Positions 46,590 through 54,932 of a stretch of DNA of 64,000 nt are shown one piece after another. A model generated the notes under the pieces. It did no database searches, was not told the DNA's origin, and was given only the letters and a program-made list of their open reading frames with translations. The position numbers and the translations under genes are program-made. Each line of letters starts with the position of its first letter. Positions within the stretch are counted from its first letter, which is position 1. Source of the stretch: Oscillospiraceae bacterium (lineage in GTDB: Bacteria; Bacteroidota; Bacteroidia; Bacteroidales; WCHB1-69); contig CAVEXN010000004.1 in the NCBI GenBank assembly GCA_963620035.1, forward strand, positions 13,979 through 77,978. Reading direction: 5' to 3'.

Positions 46590-46597
46590 TACTTTTG
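46590..46597 (+). promoter_or_regulatory. candidate -7 promoter box (TAnnTTTG), distal
   Basis: tacttttg. First of three same-strand boxes within about 100 bp upstream of 46725. Confidence 0.3.
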
Positions 46598-46642
46598 TAT
46601 CCTTGTTTGATTACGATTGTTACTGATTGTTGCCGTTATTTT

Positions 46643-46650
46643 TACATTTG
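46643..46650 (+). promoter_or_regulatory. candidate -7 promoter box (TAnnTTTG), middle
   Basis: tacatttg. Followed by a 5-bp hairpin (agcgg/ccgct, 46652-46669) and T5. Confidence 0.3.
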
Positions 46651-46683
46651 TAGCGGTATCCTTGCCGCTGTTTTTAAAAACAT

Positions 46684-46691
46684 TATCTTTG
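46684..46691 (+). promoter_or_regulatory. candidate -7 promoter box (TAnnTTTG), proximal
   Basis: tatctttg, 34 nt upstream of the ATG at 46725. Confidence 0.45.
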
Positions 46692-46724
46692 CGCACTTTT
46701 TTCTAAACCTGAAAAAAAACATCT

Positions 46725-47093
46725 ATGAGAGGTCTGTATTGCATCTGCCTGTTGCTATGTTCCAACGTATTCATGTTCTTTGCCTGGTACGGCAATCTTC
46801 GTTTCCAGAGTTATCCCTGGTTTTCCAAGCTGTCATTGCCCGTCATCATACTGTTCAGTTGGTTGACGGCAGCGTTCGAGTACAGTTTCATGGTACCGGC
46901 AAACCGTATAGGCTACATCGGCAACGGAGGACCTTTCAACCTGTGGCAGCTGAAAGTCATCCAAGAGGCAGTATCCCTGACAATCTTCACCATATTGACG
47001 CTGGTAGTGTTCAAGGACGAAACTTTCAGGTGGACCCAGGCCCTCGGTTTCGTATTCCTGATACTTGCCGTCTATTTCCTGTTCAAGAAATAA
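46725..47093 (+). CDS. DMT-superfamily small membrane protein (DUF486-like)
   Basis: 122 aa, 4 TM, with the 'FFAWYGNLRF' N-terminal motif I associate with DUF486. Confidence 0.72.
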   Translation: MRGLYCICLLLCSNVFMFFAWYGNLRFQSYPWFSKLSLPVIILFSWLTAAFEYSFMVPANRIGYIGNGGPFNLWQLKVIQEAVSLTIFTILTLVVFKDETFRWTQALGFVFLILAVYFLFKK

Positions 47094-47339
47094 GTCCGGA
47101 AAAATATACCCTGGACAAAATATTGACCAGTTGCATTCGTTAGAGTGTCATATAAAAACAATGAGCATTCTGAAACTAAACGCATAGCCAATGAACAGAA
47201 CATCTACCCCTTGCAAGAGAAAACCGGTAAAACAGGAGAAGCCTTCGCAGCGTATCATCAACAACATCCTGAATTATTCGAAATCCTTGGAGACTTTTGC
47301 CCAGGTTTACGGGAAACCGGTATTCGTCATCAACAACTG

Positions 47340-47840
47340 ATGCAAAGCGGAAACAACAGCGGTTCCGGGCAGCCCGCAACGATTACGGAGCGTGCGGTCA
47401 TCGGGTTAGGCAGCAATCTGGGCGACAGGCGCGGCTTCTTGTCGCAAGCCTGCTGTCTTGTTTCCGAACGTGCCGGGCAGATTGTGCATGCCTCGTCCGT
47501 AAAGGAGACCAAAGCCTGGGGATTTGACGCCCCGCCGTTCCTCAACCAGATCCTGATTGTGCATACGGCTCTCGGGCCGTTTGAATTGCTCGACGCCCTG
47601 CAGCAGATCGAAAGGCATCTCGGACGCACTGAAAAGAGCGCCGTCGAGGGCGGCAGGCCGGTCTATCACAACAGAACCATAGACCTGGACATCCTCTATT
47701 ACGGGGATAGGGTCATCCGGAGCGACAGGCTCGTCGTGCCCCACCCTCACATTATGGAACGCCGTTTCATCATCGAGCAACTGGCGGAACTGGGCATTCT
47801 GGCCGTTGACGCAAACAGACCAAAAGAGATAACAAAATGA
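47340..47840 (+). CDS. folK: 2-amino-4-hydroxy-6-hydroxymethyldihydropteridine diphosphokinase
   Basis: HPPK core 'AVIGLGSNLGDR', 'RTIDLDIL' and 'VPHPHIMERRF'. Start placed at the ATG at 47340 (166 aa, a typical HPPK size). The same frame stays open back to the GTG at 47145. Confidence 0.85.
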   Translation: MQSGNNSGSGQPATITERAVIGLGSNLGDRRGFLSQACCLVSERAGQIVHASSVKETKAWGFDAPPFLNQILIVHTALGPFELLDALQQIERHLGRTEKSAVEGGRPVYHNRTIDLDILYYGDRVIRSDRLVVPHPHIMERRFIIEQLAELGILAVDANRPKEITK

Positions 47841-48472
47841 TACCATATAAATATATAGTAATAGAAGGCTGCATCGGGGCCGGGAAAACCACCCTCGCGA
47901 AGATGATCGGAGGCGAGTTCCGCGCGGAACAGGTGTTAGAACAATTCAACGAGAATCCGTTCCTCGCCAAGTTCTATGCAGACCCCGTCCATTATGCGTT
48001 TCCTGTGGAGATGACTTTCCTGATGGAGCGTTACCGCCAGCTCAAGAAACTGCTCTCGGAGAGGGATCTTTTCACCGACTTTGTCATCGGCGACTATTTC
48101 ATCGACAAGTGCGTCATATTCTCCCGCAACAACCTGTTGCCTGACGAGTACAACCTGTACCGCAGCGTCTTTGACGTTTTGTCGTCCTACCTGCCCAAGC
48201 CCGACATCATCCTCTACCTGTACAACGACATCCCCAGGCTGCTGTGCAACATCGCCGGACGGGGGCGCGAATACGAAAAGAACATATCCGCCGACTATCT
48301 GGAGCACATCCAGCAGAGTTACCTCACTTATTTCAAAGAACATGCCGACATGCCAATCCTGCTGCTCGAAGCCTCAAAGTTGGATTTCGTGCAGAACCCG
48401 GACGACTACAGCAAGGTCAAAGCGCTTATAGAAACCAACTACCCTGCCGGAGTCCACCGCATCACATTCTGA
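47837..48472 (+). CDS. deoxynucleoside kinase
   Basis: 211 aa. P-loop 'IVIEGCIGAGKTTL' and dNK-type 'ERS/DRY'-like segments. 4-nt ATGA overlap with folK. Confidence 0.87.
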   Translation: MIPYKYIVIEGCIGAGKTTLAKMIGGEFRAEQVLEQFNENPFLAKFYADPVHYAFPVEMTFLMERYRQLKKLLSERDLFTDFVIGDYFIDKCVIFSRNNLLPDEYNLYRSVFDVLSSYLPKPDIILYLYNDIPRLLCNIAGRGREYEKNISADYLEHIQQSYLTYFKEHADMPILLLEASKLDFVQNPDDYSKVKALIETNYPAGVHRITF

Positions 48473-48535
48473 GAACCGTCAGGCTGCGCCTCAAAATAAT
48501 TTGCCGCCACAATAATGACACATCATTTTTTTTGC

Positions 48536-48543
48536 TACTTTTG
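48536..48543 (+). promoter_or_regulatory. candidate -7 promoter box (TAnnTTTG)
   Basis: tacttttg, 49 nt upstream of the 48592 start. Confidence 0.45.
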
Positions 48544-48591
48544 CTCGCTTTTTTTTAGCATACAGAAAAATTATAAAATACAGTAAAAGTT

Positions 48592-49269
48592 ATGAAGACC
48601 AGAACCTTATTCAGTATTCTATTGGGCATAGCCGTTTTCTTTCTTGTCATCCTTGCTGCACGCAGCATTATGCGTCCTGAGAAATTCAGACAGGTCTATG
48701 AGCTGCGGAAATCCGCCAATGTCACCAACCTCTCCGCCCTACGGAGCGCACAGGCCATCTACAAGAACGTCTACAAGAAATATGCAAGCGACATCGACAG
48801 TCTGGCAGACTTTGTCAACAACGGTATGGTTGAAGTGGAGAAAACCGTCGGCAACTTTCCCGATACCATGAGTCAGGAACAGGCTTTCAAACTCGGGCTT
48901 ATCCAGAAGAAGATCGTCAAGATCCCGGCCATCGATAAAATGCTGGAGCTGGACCCGAACCTCACGAAGGCGGACTTCCAGAAATTCCAGTACATCCCTT
49001 GCGGCGACAAGAAAGAATACACCATCCAGACAGCATCCATCGCGTCCAAGACCTACGAGATTCCCGTCTATCGTGTTGACGTGCCGCTTGACGACATCCT
49101 GGTAAACATGGACCAAAGCATCACCCCGACCAATGCCGGCTTGTTCAAGAAGCTTTGGAACAAGATCTTCTACAACAACCTGGCAGAAGAAGACCAGTAC
49201 AGGACACAATACGCCGATATGTATCTGGGCTCCCTTACCGAATCAAGCACCTCCGGCAGCTGGGAATAA
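48592..49269 (+). CDS. hypothetical N-terminally anchored protein
   Basis: 225 aa with a single N-terminal TM helix. No family recognised. Confidence 0.6.
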   Translation: MKTRTLFSILLGIAVFFLVILAARSIMRPEKFRQVYELRKSANVTNLSALRSAQAIYKNVYKKYASDIDSLADFVNNGMVEVEKTVGNFPDTMSQEQAFKLGLIQKKIVKIPAIDKMLELDPNLTKADFQKFQYIPCGDKKEYTIQTASIASKTYEIPVYRVDVPLDDILVNMDQSITPTNAGLFKKLWNKIFYNNLAEEDQYRTQYADMYLGSLTESSTSGSWE

Positions 49270-49278
49270 TCATCTCGA

Positions 49279-49962
49279 ATGAACGCATTGCTTTCCAAAT
49301 ACTACAAGGAATCCATCCGGCTTTCCCCGGATGGATTTTCGCTTTCCGACACCGATGAGAACGGCCTTATGCTCCGGCAGGACTTCAGGAACGGAACGAA
49401 CGTCCTGCTCTCCGCCGAAGCCCTGAAATTCTTCCGTGTCGAAAACCGCAACGAGCCTTTGGACATCATCGTTGCCACCCACGTGCCGATGCTCATACCT
49501 GAAATCATCTATGACGACGGCAAAGCCAAGGAATACCTTAACATCCAGCACGACATCACCCACTACGGCCAACATTACAGCGACCATGTCGGTCTCTACC
49601 GTGCCCTGTATTTCCTGACGCAGAACGAGTACACCACCGTCAGCAGTCTCCCATGCCCAACACATACAGTCAGCGAGATGACGCTCTTCTGCCAATTCCT
49701 GCACGAGCACAACCATCCAGAGTCCTTGCTCATCTCGGTGAACGACCGGTTTGTCGATTTCCTGGCAATGCATGACAACCAGCCCTCCTTTGTGAACCGA
49801 ACCTTCCACACCGAAGCCGTCGATGTGCTCTATTACTCCATGAACAGCATACAGCAGTTCGGTTTCCGAGAGCCGGAAATCATCGTCAACTATTTCTGCG
49901 CACCTGACAAGAGACTGAACGAGCTGCTCCGGAAATACCATCAGAAAGTGACCATCCTATAA
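49279..49962 (+). CDS. DUF3822-like protein
   Basis: 227 aa. The N-terminus 'SIRLSPDGFSL' and its position immediately upstream of rsmD match what I recall for DUF3822 in Bacteroidota. Confidence 0.6.
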   Translation: MNALLSKYYKESIRLSPDGFSLSDTDENGLMLRQDFRNGTNVLLSAEALKFFRVENRNEPLDIIVATHVPMLIPEIIYDDGKAKEYLNIQHDITHYGQHYSDHVGLYRALYFLTQNEYTTVSSLPCPTHTVSEMTLFCQFLHEHNHPESLLISVNDRFVDFLAMHDNQPSFVNRTFHTEAVDVLYYSMNSIQQFGFREPEIIVNYFCAPDKRLNELLRKYHQKVTIL

Positions 49963-49967
49963 ATGCC

Positions 49968-50540
49968 ATGCGGATCATCAGCGGAAAAAACAGAGGAAGA
50001 CAGATCGTCGCGCCGGAGAACCTGCCGGTGAGACCCACTACGGATTTGGGGAAAGAAAGCCTTTTCAACATCTTGAACAACTATTTCTTCCTCGACCGGA
50101 TCCATGTGCTGGATCTCTTTTCCGGAACGGGCAATCTCTCCTACGAATTCGCCTCCCGCGGCGCATTGTCCGTGGTTTCGGTTGACTCTGACAGCCGATG
50201 TGCCAACTTCATACGGAAAACAGCCGAAAAACTCGACTATACGCAGATTGCAGTTGTACGGCACGATGCTTTCGAATATGTGGCCGCCTGCCGGCGGAAA
50301 TTCAACGTCATCTTCGCCGACCCGCCCTATGCGCTCACAGGCATCGAGAAAATCGTGCAGGACGTTTTCAGGAACGAACTGCTCGCCCCTGACGGATGGC
50401 TTGTCATAGAACATTCCAAAGAAAAGGATTTCTCGCGCGACCCGCATTTCTTCCAGCACCGAACCTACGGCAAGGTGAACTTCACTTTTCTCGTTAACTT
50501 GACCGACGAATCCGAAACAGAACAGCAACGACATGAATGA
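49968..50540 (+). CDS. rsmD: 16S rRNA (guanine(966)-N(2))-methyltransferase
   Basis: 190 aa. 'MRIISGKNRGRQI', 'DLFSGTGNLSYE' SAM motif, and 'IFADPPY'. Confidence 0.88.
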   Translation: MRIISGKNRGRQIVAPENLPVRPTTDLGKESLFNILNNYFFLDRIHVLDLFSGTGNLSYEFASRGALSVVSVDSDSRCANFIRKTAEKLDYTQIAVVRHDAFEYVAACRRKFNVIFADPPYALTGIEKIVQDVFRNELLAPDGWLVIEHSKEKDFSRDPHFFQHRTYGKVNFTFLVNLTDESETEQQRHE

Positions 50541-51132
50541 ACGCAAATATCTGATAGTAGGATTGGGGAATGCAGAAGCCAAATATGCCGGCACGCGTCA
50601 CAACTACGGTTTTGAGGTGGTGAACGCATTGGCAAAGAAACTCAATGCGGAGTTCATGCCCGACAGGCTTGCCTACAGAGCCAAAGCCATGTACAAGGGA
50701 CGGACATTGGTGCTGATTATGCCGACCACCTATATGAACCTGAGCGGCAAAGCCGTAAAGCACTGGCTCACCGCTGAAGATGTTCCGTCCGAGCACTGCA
50801 TGGTCGTCTGTGACGACCTTGACCTTCCCGTCGGGACCTTCAAGGTCAAGCCCAAAGGCGGCGGCGGCTCTCACAACGGTCTGCTCGACATCATCGAAAC
50901 GCTCGGGCACGACAACTTCCCGCGCCTACGCTGCGGCATCGGCAAAAACTTTGCCAAAGGCTACCAAATAGACTATGTGCTCGGACGTTTCGACAACGAA
51001 GAGCTCAAACAGATCGAGCCTTGCATCGAGCAAGCCGCAGAAGCCATCAAATGCTTTGCCACAGAGGGCATCCAACGCGCCATGAACCGCTTCAACACCG
51101 CACATTCCCCCACAAACACAAACAGAGAATGA
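50533..51132 (+). CDS. pth: peptidyl-tRNA hydrolase
   Basis: 199 aa. 'LIVGLGNAEAKYAGTRHNYGF', 'DDLDLPVG', 'GHNGL'. Confidence 0.95.
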   Translation: MNERKYLIVGLGNAEAKYAGTRHNYGFEVVNALAKKLNAEFMPDRLAYRAKAMYKGRTLVLIMPTTYMNLSGKAVKHWLTAEDVPSEHCMVVCDDLDLPVGTFKVKPKGGGGSHNGLLDIIETLGHDNFPRLRCGIGKNFAKGYQIDYVLGRFDNEELKQIEPCIEQAAEAIKCFATEGIQRAMNRFNTAHSPTNTNRE

Positions 51133-51157
51133 ACAAAACGCACAAAAATAGACTGTT

Positions 51158-51757
51158 ATGACCAGAACAAAGACCTTTTTACTGCTTATTGTTGCCGTTT
51201 TATCCGTCAACATACTGCACGCACAGCAAAAATGGTGTCAGTATGGGCTCAAAGTCGGGACAAGCTTTCCATCGAACCGCAACTATTCCGTTGACGGCGA
51301 CCTGTTGCAAGCGCTTTCCACCGCAGATTTCGGACTGTTTTTCAGAGCCGGAAAATTCGTTTACGGGGAAGTCGGCATCGGTTACATATTCCTGAAAGGC
51401 AACTATGGAATGCAAGACGAAAACGGCGGCTATCTCTTCAACGGCATCTATGTGGCCACGCACCACCTGCAAATACCAGTCAAGATAGTGGGCAACATCC
51501 CGATGGGAAGCGCTTCCGCATTTCTTCCTCATGCGGGCATCATCTACCAACCCTTGCTCAAGGTGACCGATAACTCCATAAACTTTACAAAAAAAACGCT
51601 CTCCTGCAACCCCATGTTGTTGACGGCAGGCTTCGACCTGAAGTTCGGCCCCATCGTCCTTGGCGCCAGCTATCGTTATTCTCTCCAGACTTTCTTCCAA
51701 AATAAAGTGGGGAAACATCCGCAATACATCAACATCTGCGCAGGAATACAATTATAA
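51158..51757 (+). CDS. outer-membrane beta-barrel (porin-family) protein
   Basis: 199 aa. Signal peptide, alternating beta-strand pattern, and an aromatic-rich C-terminal strand. Confidence 0.62.
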   Translation: MTRTKTFLLLIVAVLSVNILHAQQKWCQYGLKVGTSFPSNRNYSVDGDLLQALSTADFGLFFRAGKFVYGEVGIGYIFLKGNYGMQDENGGYLFNGIYVATHHLQIPVKIVGNIPMGSASAFLPHAGIIYQPLLKVTDNSINFTKKTLSCNPMLLTAGFDLKFGPIVLGASYRYSLQTFFQNKVGKHPQYINICAGIQL

Positions 51758-51829
51758 ATACTTTATAATCAACAAGAAAAGAAAAACAAATATTTTTTCG
51801 AAACTTGTTGGATAAACTGAAAATAATAC

Positions 51830-51837
51830 TATCTTTG
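51830..51837 (+). promoter_or_regulatory. candidate -7 promoter box (TAnnTTTG) for tRNA-Val
   Basis: tatctttg, 18 nt upstream of the tRNA 5' end. Confidence 0.5.
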
Positions 51838-51854
51838 CAACGCTTTAAAAGCAA

Positions 51855-51929
51855 GGGAGCTTAGCTCAGTTGGTTCAGAGCATCTGCCTTACAAGCAGAG
51901 GGTCACTAGTTCGAATCTAGTAGTTCCCA
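51855..51929 (+). tRNA. tRNA-Val(TAC): tRNA-Val (anticodon TAC)
   Basis: A 75-nt cloverleaf folded by hand. Acceptor gggagct/agttccc (one G-U), D arm gctc/gagc, anticodon stem tctgc/gcaga with loop cttacaa, 5-nt variable loop, T arm actag-ttcgaat-ctagt. No encoded CCA. Confidence 0.95.
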
Positions 51930-51936
51930 CAGCCGG

Positions 51937-51969
51937 AAAAACGGGAATAACATGTTCCTGTTTTTTTTT
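51937..51969 (+). terminator. intrinsic terminator after tRNA-Val
   Basis: 11-bp stem (aaaaacgggaa / ttcctgttttt, one G-U) with a 7-nt loop, running into a T9 tract. Confidence 0.7.
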
Positions 51970-52036
51970 GTACCAGAGAATGCAGTCCTTTTGATTTCCG
52001 TCCCCGGTTTCAAATCCATCCATTGTTTATTTTTCC

Positions 52037-52044
52037 TATTTTTG
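52037..52044 (+). promoter_or_regulatory. candidate -7 promoter box (TAnnTTTG)
   Basis: tatttttg, 38 nt upstream of the 52082 start. Confidence 0.45.
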
Positions 52045-52081
52045 CAAGCTGTTTTTCAGAAAAAGATAACATATACTTATT

Positions 52082-52435
52082 ATGCTCAAATATTTCAAAG
52101 AGACCCCCTACTCGGTCACGATATGCGACAAAGAGGGCACTATCCTGGAGATGAACGAACGTTCCATCGCCACATTCTGTAAAGACGGAAAGTCTAAAGT
52201 CGGCGACAGCCTGTTGGCATGTCACCCGGAGCCGGCACGCACCAAACTGCTCAACTTGCTGGAGAACCACGAAGTAAATGCTTATACCATCGAGAAAAAC
52301 GGCATCAAGAAGATGATTTACCAGACACCCTGGTTCGAGAACGGCGAATTTGCCGGATACATAGAACTCTCTATGGAACTGCCTGATGCCATGCCGCACT
52401 ATGTGCGTGCCACAAACAAACAACCAAAGAAATGA
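52082..52435 (+). CDS. small stand-alone PAS-like domain protein
   Basis: 117 aa. 'SVTICDKEGTILEMNERS' and a beta-strand-rich C-terminal half resemble a single PAS fold. First gene of an ATGA-coupled operon. Confidence 0.6.
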   Translation: MLKYFKETPYSVTICDKEGTILEMNERSIATFCKDGKSKVGDSLLACHPEPARTKLLNLLENHEVNAYTIEKNGIKKMIYQTPWFENGEFAGYIELSMELPDAMPHYVRATNKQPKK

Positions 52436-53247
52436 ACATCAAGGAATATTCCGGGGCTCGCAGAGAAAAGCCATTATCTGTTCACCGAAGAACAGAGTCA
52501 GACAACAATGCCGCACTCGTTTATGGGATGCGCCCCATCCTTGAAGCCGTCGAGAGCGGCAAGACCATCGACAAAGTACTGTTTCAAAAAGGGTTGCAAG
52601 GAGAATTGTTCAAAGAACTGTTCTATGTGGTGAGACAGCATAAGATACCGTTCCAGTATGTGCCCGCAGAGAAACTGAACCGGCTTACGCGCCAGAACCA
52701 TCAAGGGGTTGCAGCATTCCTGTCTGCCATCGAATACGATGACATCTTCAGCATCGTGCCCGGTCTGTTCGAGGAGGGCAAGACGCCGTTCTTGCTGCTG
52801 CTCGACAAAATCACCGACGTGCGCAACGTGGGCGCCATCGCCCGTTCTGCGGAATGTGCCGGTGCGGATGCCATCATCATACCACTCAACGGCGGCGCAC
52901 AACTCAACGAAGATGCCGTCAAGAGTTCGGCAGGCGCACTGCACAAGATACCCGTATGCCGCCATTCCAACCTTGTAGAGGTCATCAAATACCTTCAGGA
53001 TTCGGGCATCGAGGTTGTAGGTGTCACAGAGAAGGCTAACCATGCCCTATACAACAAAGACTTCACCGGGCCGGTGTGCCTGGTCATGGGAAATGAGTAT
53101 GAGGGCATCGCCTGGGACTATCTGCGGCTATGCAACGACACCGTCATCATTCCGATGATGGGCACGATCCGCTCACTCAACGTGTCAGTTGCCACAGGCA
53201 TCGCCCTTTTTGAAGTGGTGAAACAGCGCAATCCTTCCGGCAAATGA
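52432..53247 (+). CDS. rlmB: 23S rRNA (guanosine-2'-O)-methyltransferase, SpoU/TrmH family (RlmB-like)
   Basis: 271 aa. SpoU substrate-binding N-domain and SPOUT motifs 'LLLLDKITDVRNVGAIARSAECAGADAI', 'LVMGNEYEGI', 'IPMMGTIRSLNVSVA'. Confidence 0.85.
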   Translation: MNIKEYSGARREKPLSVHRRTESDNNAALVYGMRPILEAVESGKTIDKVLFQKGLQGELFKELFYVVRQHKIPFQYVPAEKLNRLTRQNHQGVAAFLSAIEYDDIFSIVPGLFEEGKTPFLLLLDKITDVRNVGAIARSAECAGADAIIIPLNGGAQLNEDAVKSSAGALHKIPVCRHSNLVEVIKYLQDSGIEVVGVTEKANHALYNKDFTGPVCLVMGNEYEGIAWDYLRLCNDTVIIPMMGTIRSLNVSVATGIALFEVVKQRNPSGK

Positions 53248-53753
53248 AAAGAATCGGCATTCTTTCTGACACGCACGGCTACCTGCACCCCAAGGCTTAC
53301 GACTTCTTCAAAGGGTGTGACGAGGTCTGGCATGCCGGCGACATCGCCGGCGACACGATCCTTGACGAATTGCGGCTCATAGCCCCGACCGTTCGTGCCG
53401 TATATGGAAACTGCGACGGCTGGGACCTGCGTTCAGAACTCACCGAGAACCTTGTATTCCGCTGCGAGGGGCACACCGTAGCCATGCGGCACATTGCAGG
53501 ACATCCGGGCAAGTACGCACCCGAAACCCTGCGGCTGATCCTAACGGCGGCTCCCTCCATTCTTGTCGGCGGACATTCGCACATCCTGCGGATACAGTAT
53601 GACACCCCACACAAGTTGCTGTTCATAAATCCAGGTGCGGCAGGACGTTACGGAATACATACCCGTCTCACGATGTTGCGGCTTACCCTCAACGGCAAAG
53701 ACATCTCGAACCCAGAAATCTACGACGAACCTAAACAGCAGCCCCTGAAATGA
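53244..53753 (+). CDS. YfcE/MJ0936-type metallophosphoesterase
   Basis: 169 aa. 'ILSDTHG', 'HAGDI', 'GNCDG', 'GGHSH' motifs. Confidence 0.85.
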   Translation: MKRIGILSDTHGYLHPKAYDFFKGCDEVWHAGDIAGDTILDELRLIAPTVRAVYGNCDGWDLRSELTENLVFRCEGHTVAMRHIAGHPGKYAPETLRLILTAAPSILVGGHSHILRIQYDTPHKLLFINPGAAGRYGIHTRLTMLRLTLNGKDISNPEIYDEPKQQPLK

Positions 53754-54514
53754 CCGAGAACTCAAAGCCTGTCATTACCATATTAGGACCAACCGCCACG
53801 GGAAAGACGCATTTGGCCGTGCGGATAGCCGCAGAGTTGGATGGGGAAATCGTCAGTGCCGACTCCAGGCAGGTATACCGCCGGATGGACATCGGCACCG
53901 GAAAGGACATCACAGAATACTGCCTTGATGGGGGAAACGTGCCTTACCACCTCATTGACATTGTAGAGCCCGGCGTCAAATACAACGTTTACCAATTCCA
54001 GCAGGCAGCATTCAGTGCCATACAGGACATTCGGGACCGCGGGCGGCAGGTTGTCCTTTGCGGCGGCAGCGGCATGTACATCGAAGCCGTGCTGCAAGGC
54101 TACCGTTTCAAGTTCCAGGAAGAGCGGCAGATACTTTCCGACCCTCTCCATTCTGTCATCTTCGGGCTTCGGGGCGAACGCAGCCTGATACGCAGCCGCA
54201 TCACGCAAAGGCTGCATGCCAGGCTGAAGGCGGGATTGGTGGAAGAGGTGCAGGCACTGCTCGACTCCGGCACGACGGCAGAACAACTGATAAGATACGG
54301 CCTCGAATACAAGTTCGTGACCCTCTACCTGCTCGGGGAACTCGACTATGAGGACATGACAGAGCAACTGAACATCGCCATCCACCAGTTCTCGAAAAGG
54401 CAGATGACCTGGTTCAGACGTATGGAACGGCTCAGTTTCGACATCTGCTGGCTCGACATTGCCCGTACGGAAGAGGAGAACATGGCCGAAATACGCCGCC
54501 GCCTCGCCTATTGA
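53750..54514 (+). CDS. miaA: tRNA dimethylallyltransferase-family protein (short form)
   Basis: 254 aa. P-loop 'ILGPTATGKT', 'SADSRQVYRRMDIGTGK', 'KRQMTWFR'. The segment between 'GGSGMYIEAVLQGY' and the C-terminal helices is much shorter than in E. coli MiaA. Confidence 0.82.
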   Translation: MTENSKPVITILGPTATGKTHLAVRIAAELDGEIVSADSRQVYRRMDIGTGKDITEYCLDGGNVPYHLIDIVEPGVKYNVYQFQQAAFSAIQDIRDRGRQVVLCGGSGMYIEAVLQGYRFKFQEERQILSDPLHSVIFGLRGERSLIRSRITQRLHARLKAGLVEEVQALLDSGTTAEQLIRYGLEYKFVTLYLLGELDYEDMTEQLNIAIHQFSKRQMTWFRRMERLSFDICWLDIARTEEENMAEIRRRLAY

Positions 54515-54560
54515 GCATTGACGCCCAAAAACAGCGTCGTCCGAACGTCCAAAAAATTCG

Positions 54561-54568
54561 TATTTTTG
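54561..54568 (+). promoter_or_regulatory. candidate -7 promoter box (TAnnTTTG)
   Basis: tatttttg, 27 nt upstream of the rbfA ATG at 54595. Confidence 0.45.
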
Positions 54569-54594
54569 CCCCTCAATTTATTTCCAGACTTGTA

Positions 54595-54930
54595 ATGAAC
54601 ACAACAAGACAACACAAAATAGCAACTTTGTTGCAGAAAGAGCTGGCCGACCTGTTCCTGCACGACAGCAAAGACATCTATCACTGCATGATCACCGTGA
54701 CCCAAACCACCGTCACCACCGACCTTTCCATAGCGAGAGCCTACTTGAGCATTTATATGGTTCAGGACAAAGACGCGGTTATCGCCGCCGTCAGGGCCAA
54801 CACGAAAGACATCCGTTTCCGGCTCGGCCAGAAAATCAAAAACCAGCTCCGTGTAGTTCCCCAATTGGAATTCTTCATCGACGACACCCTCGACTATATG
54901 GAGAACATCGAAAAACTGCTTAAACAATAG
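54595..54930 (+). CDS. rbfA: ribosome-binding factor A
   Basis: 111 aa from MNTTRQHKI. 'ITVTQTTVTTDLSIARAYLS' and 'LRVVPQLEFFIDDT'. Confidence 0.88.
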   Translation: MNTTRQHKIATLLQKELADLFLHDSKDIYHCMITVTQTTVTTDLSIARAYLSIYMVQDKDAVIAAVRANTKDIRFRLGQKIKNQLRVVPQLEFFIDDTLDYMENIEKLLKQ

Positions 54931-54932
54931 CC

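Noticed and set aside
46206-46724. The AT-rich region as a chromosomal replication origin (oriC/DUE).
   Set aside because: I found no DnaA-box matches better than two mismatches to TTATCCACA (best: ttatctaaa near 46403). There is no cluster of boxes and no dnaA/dnaN nearby. The idea cannot be excluded without a genome-wide GC-skew analysis, but nothing here supports it.
47094-47339. A riboswitch (for example folate/THF-type) in the long folK leader.
   Set aside because: I could not identify a conserved riboswitch core or an expression-platform terminator by eye. This needs an Infernal/Rfam scan. It is reported only as an ambiguous leader or sORF.
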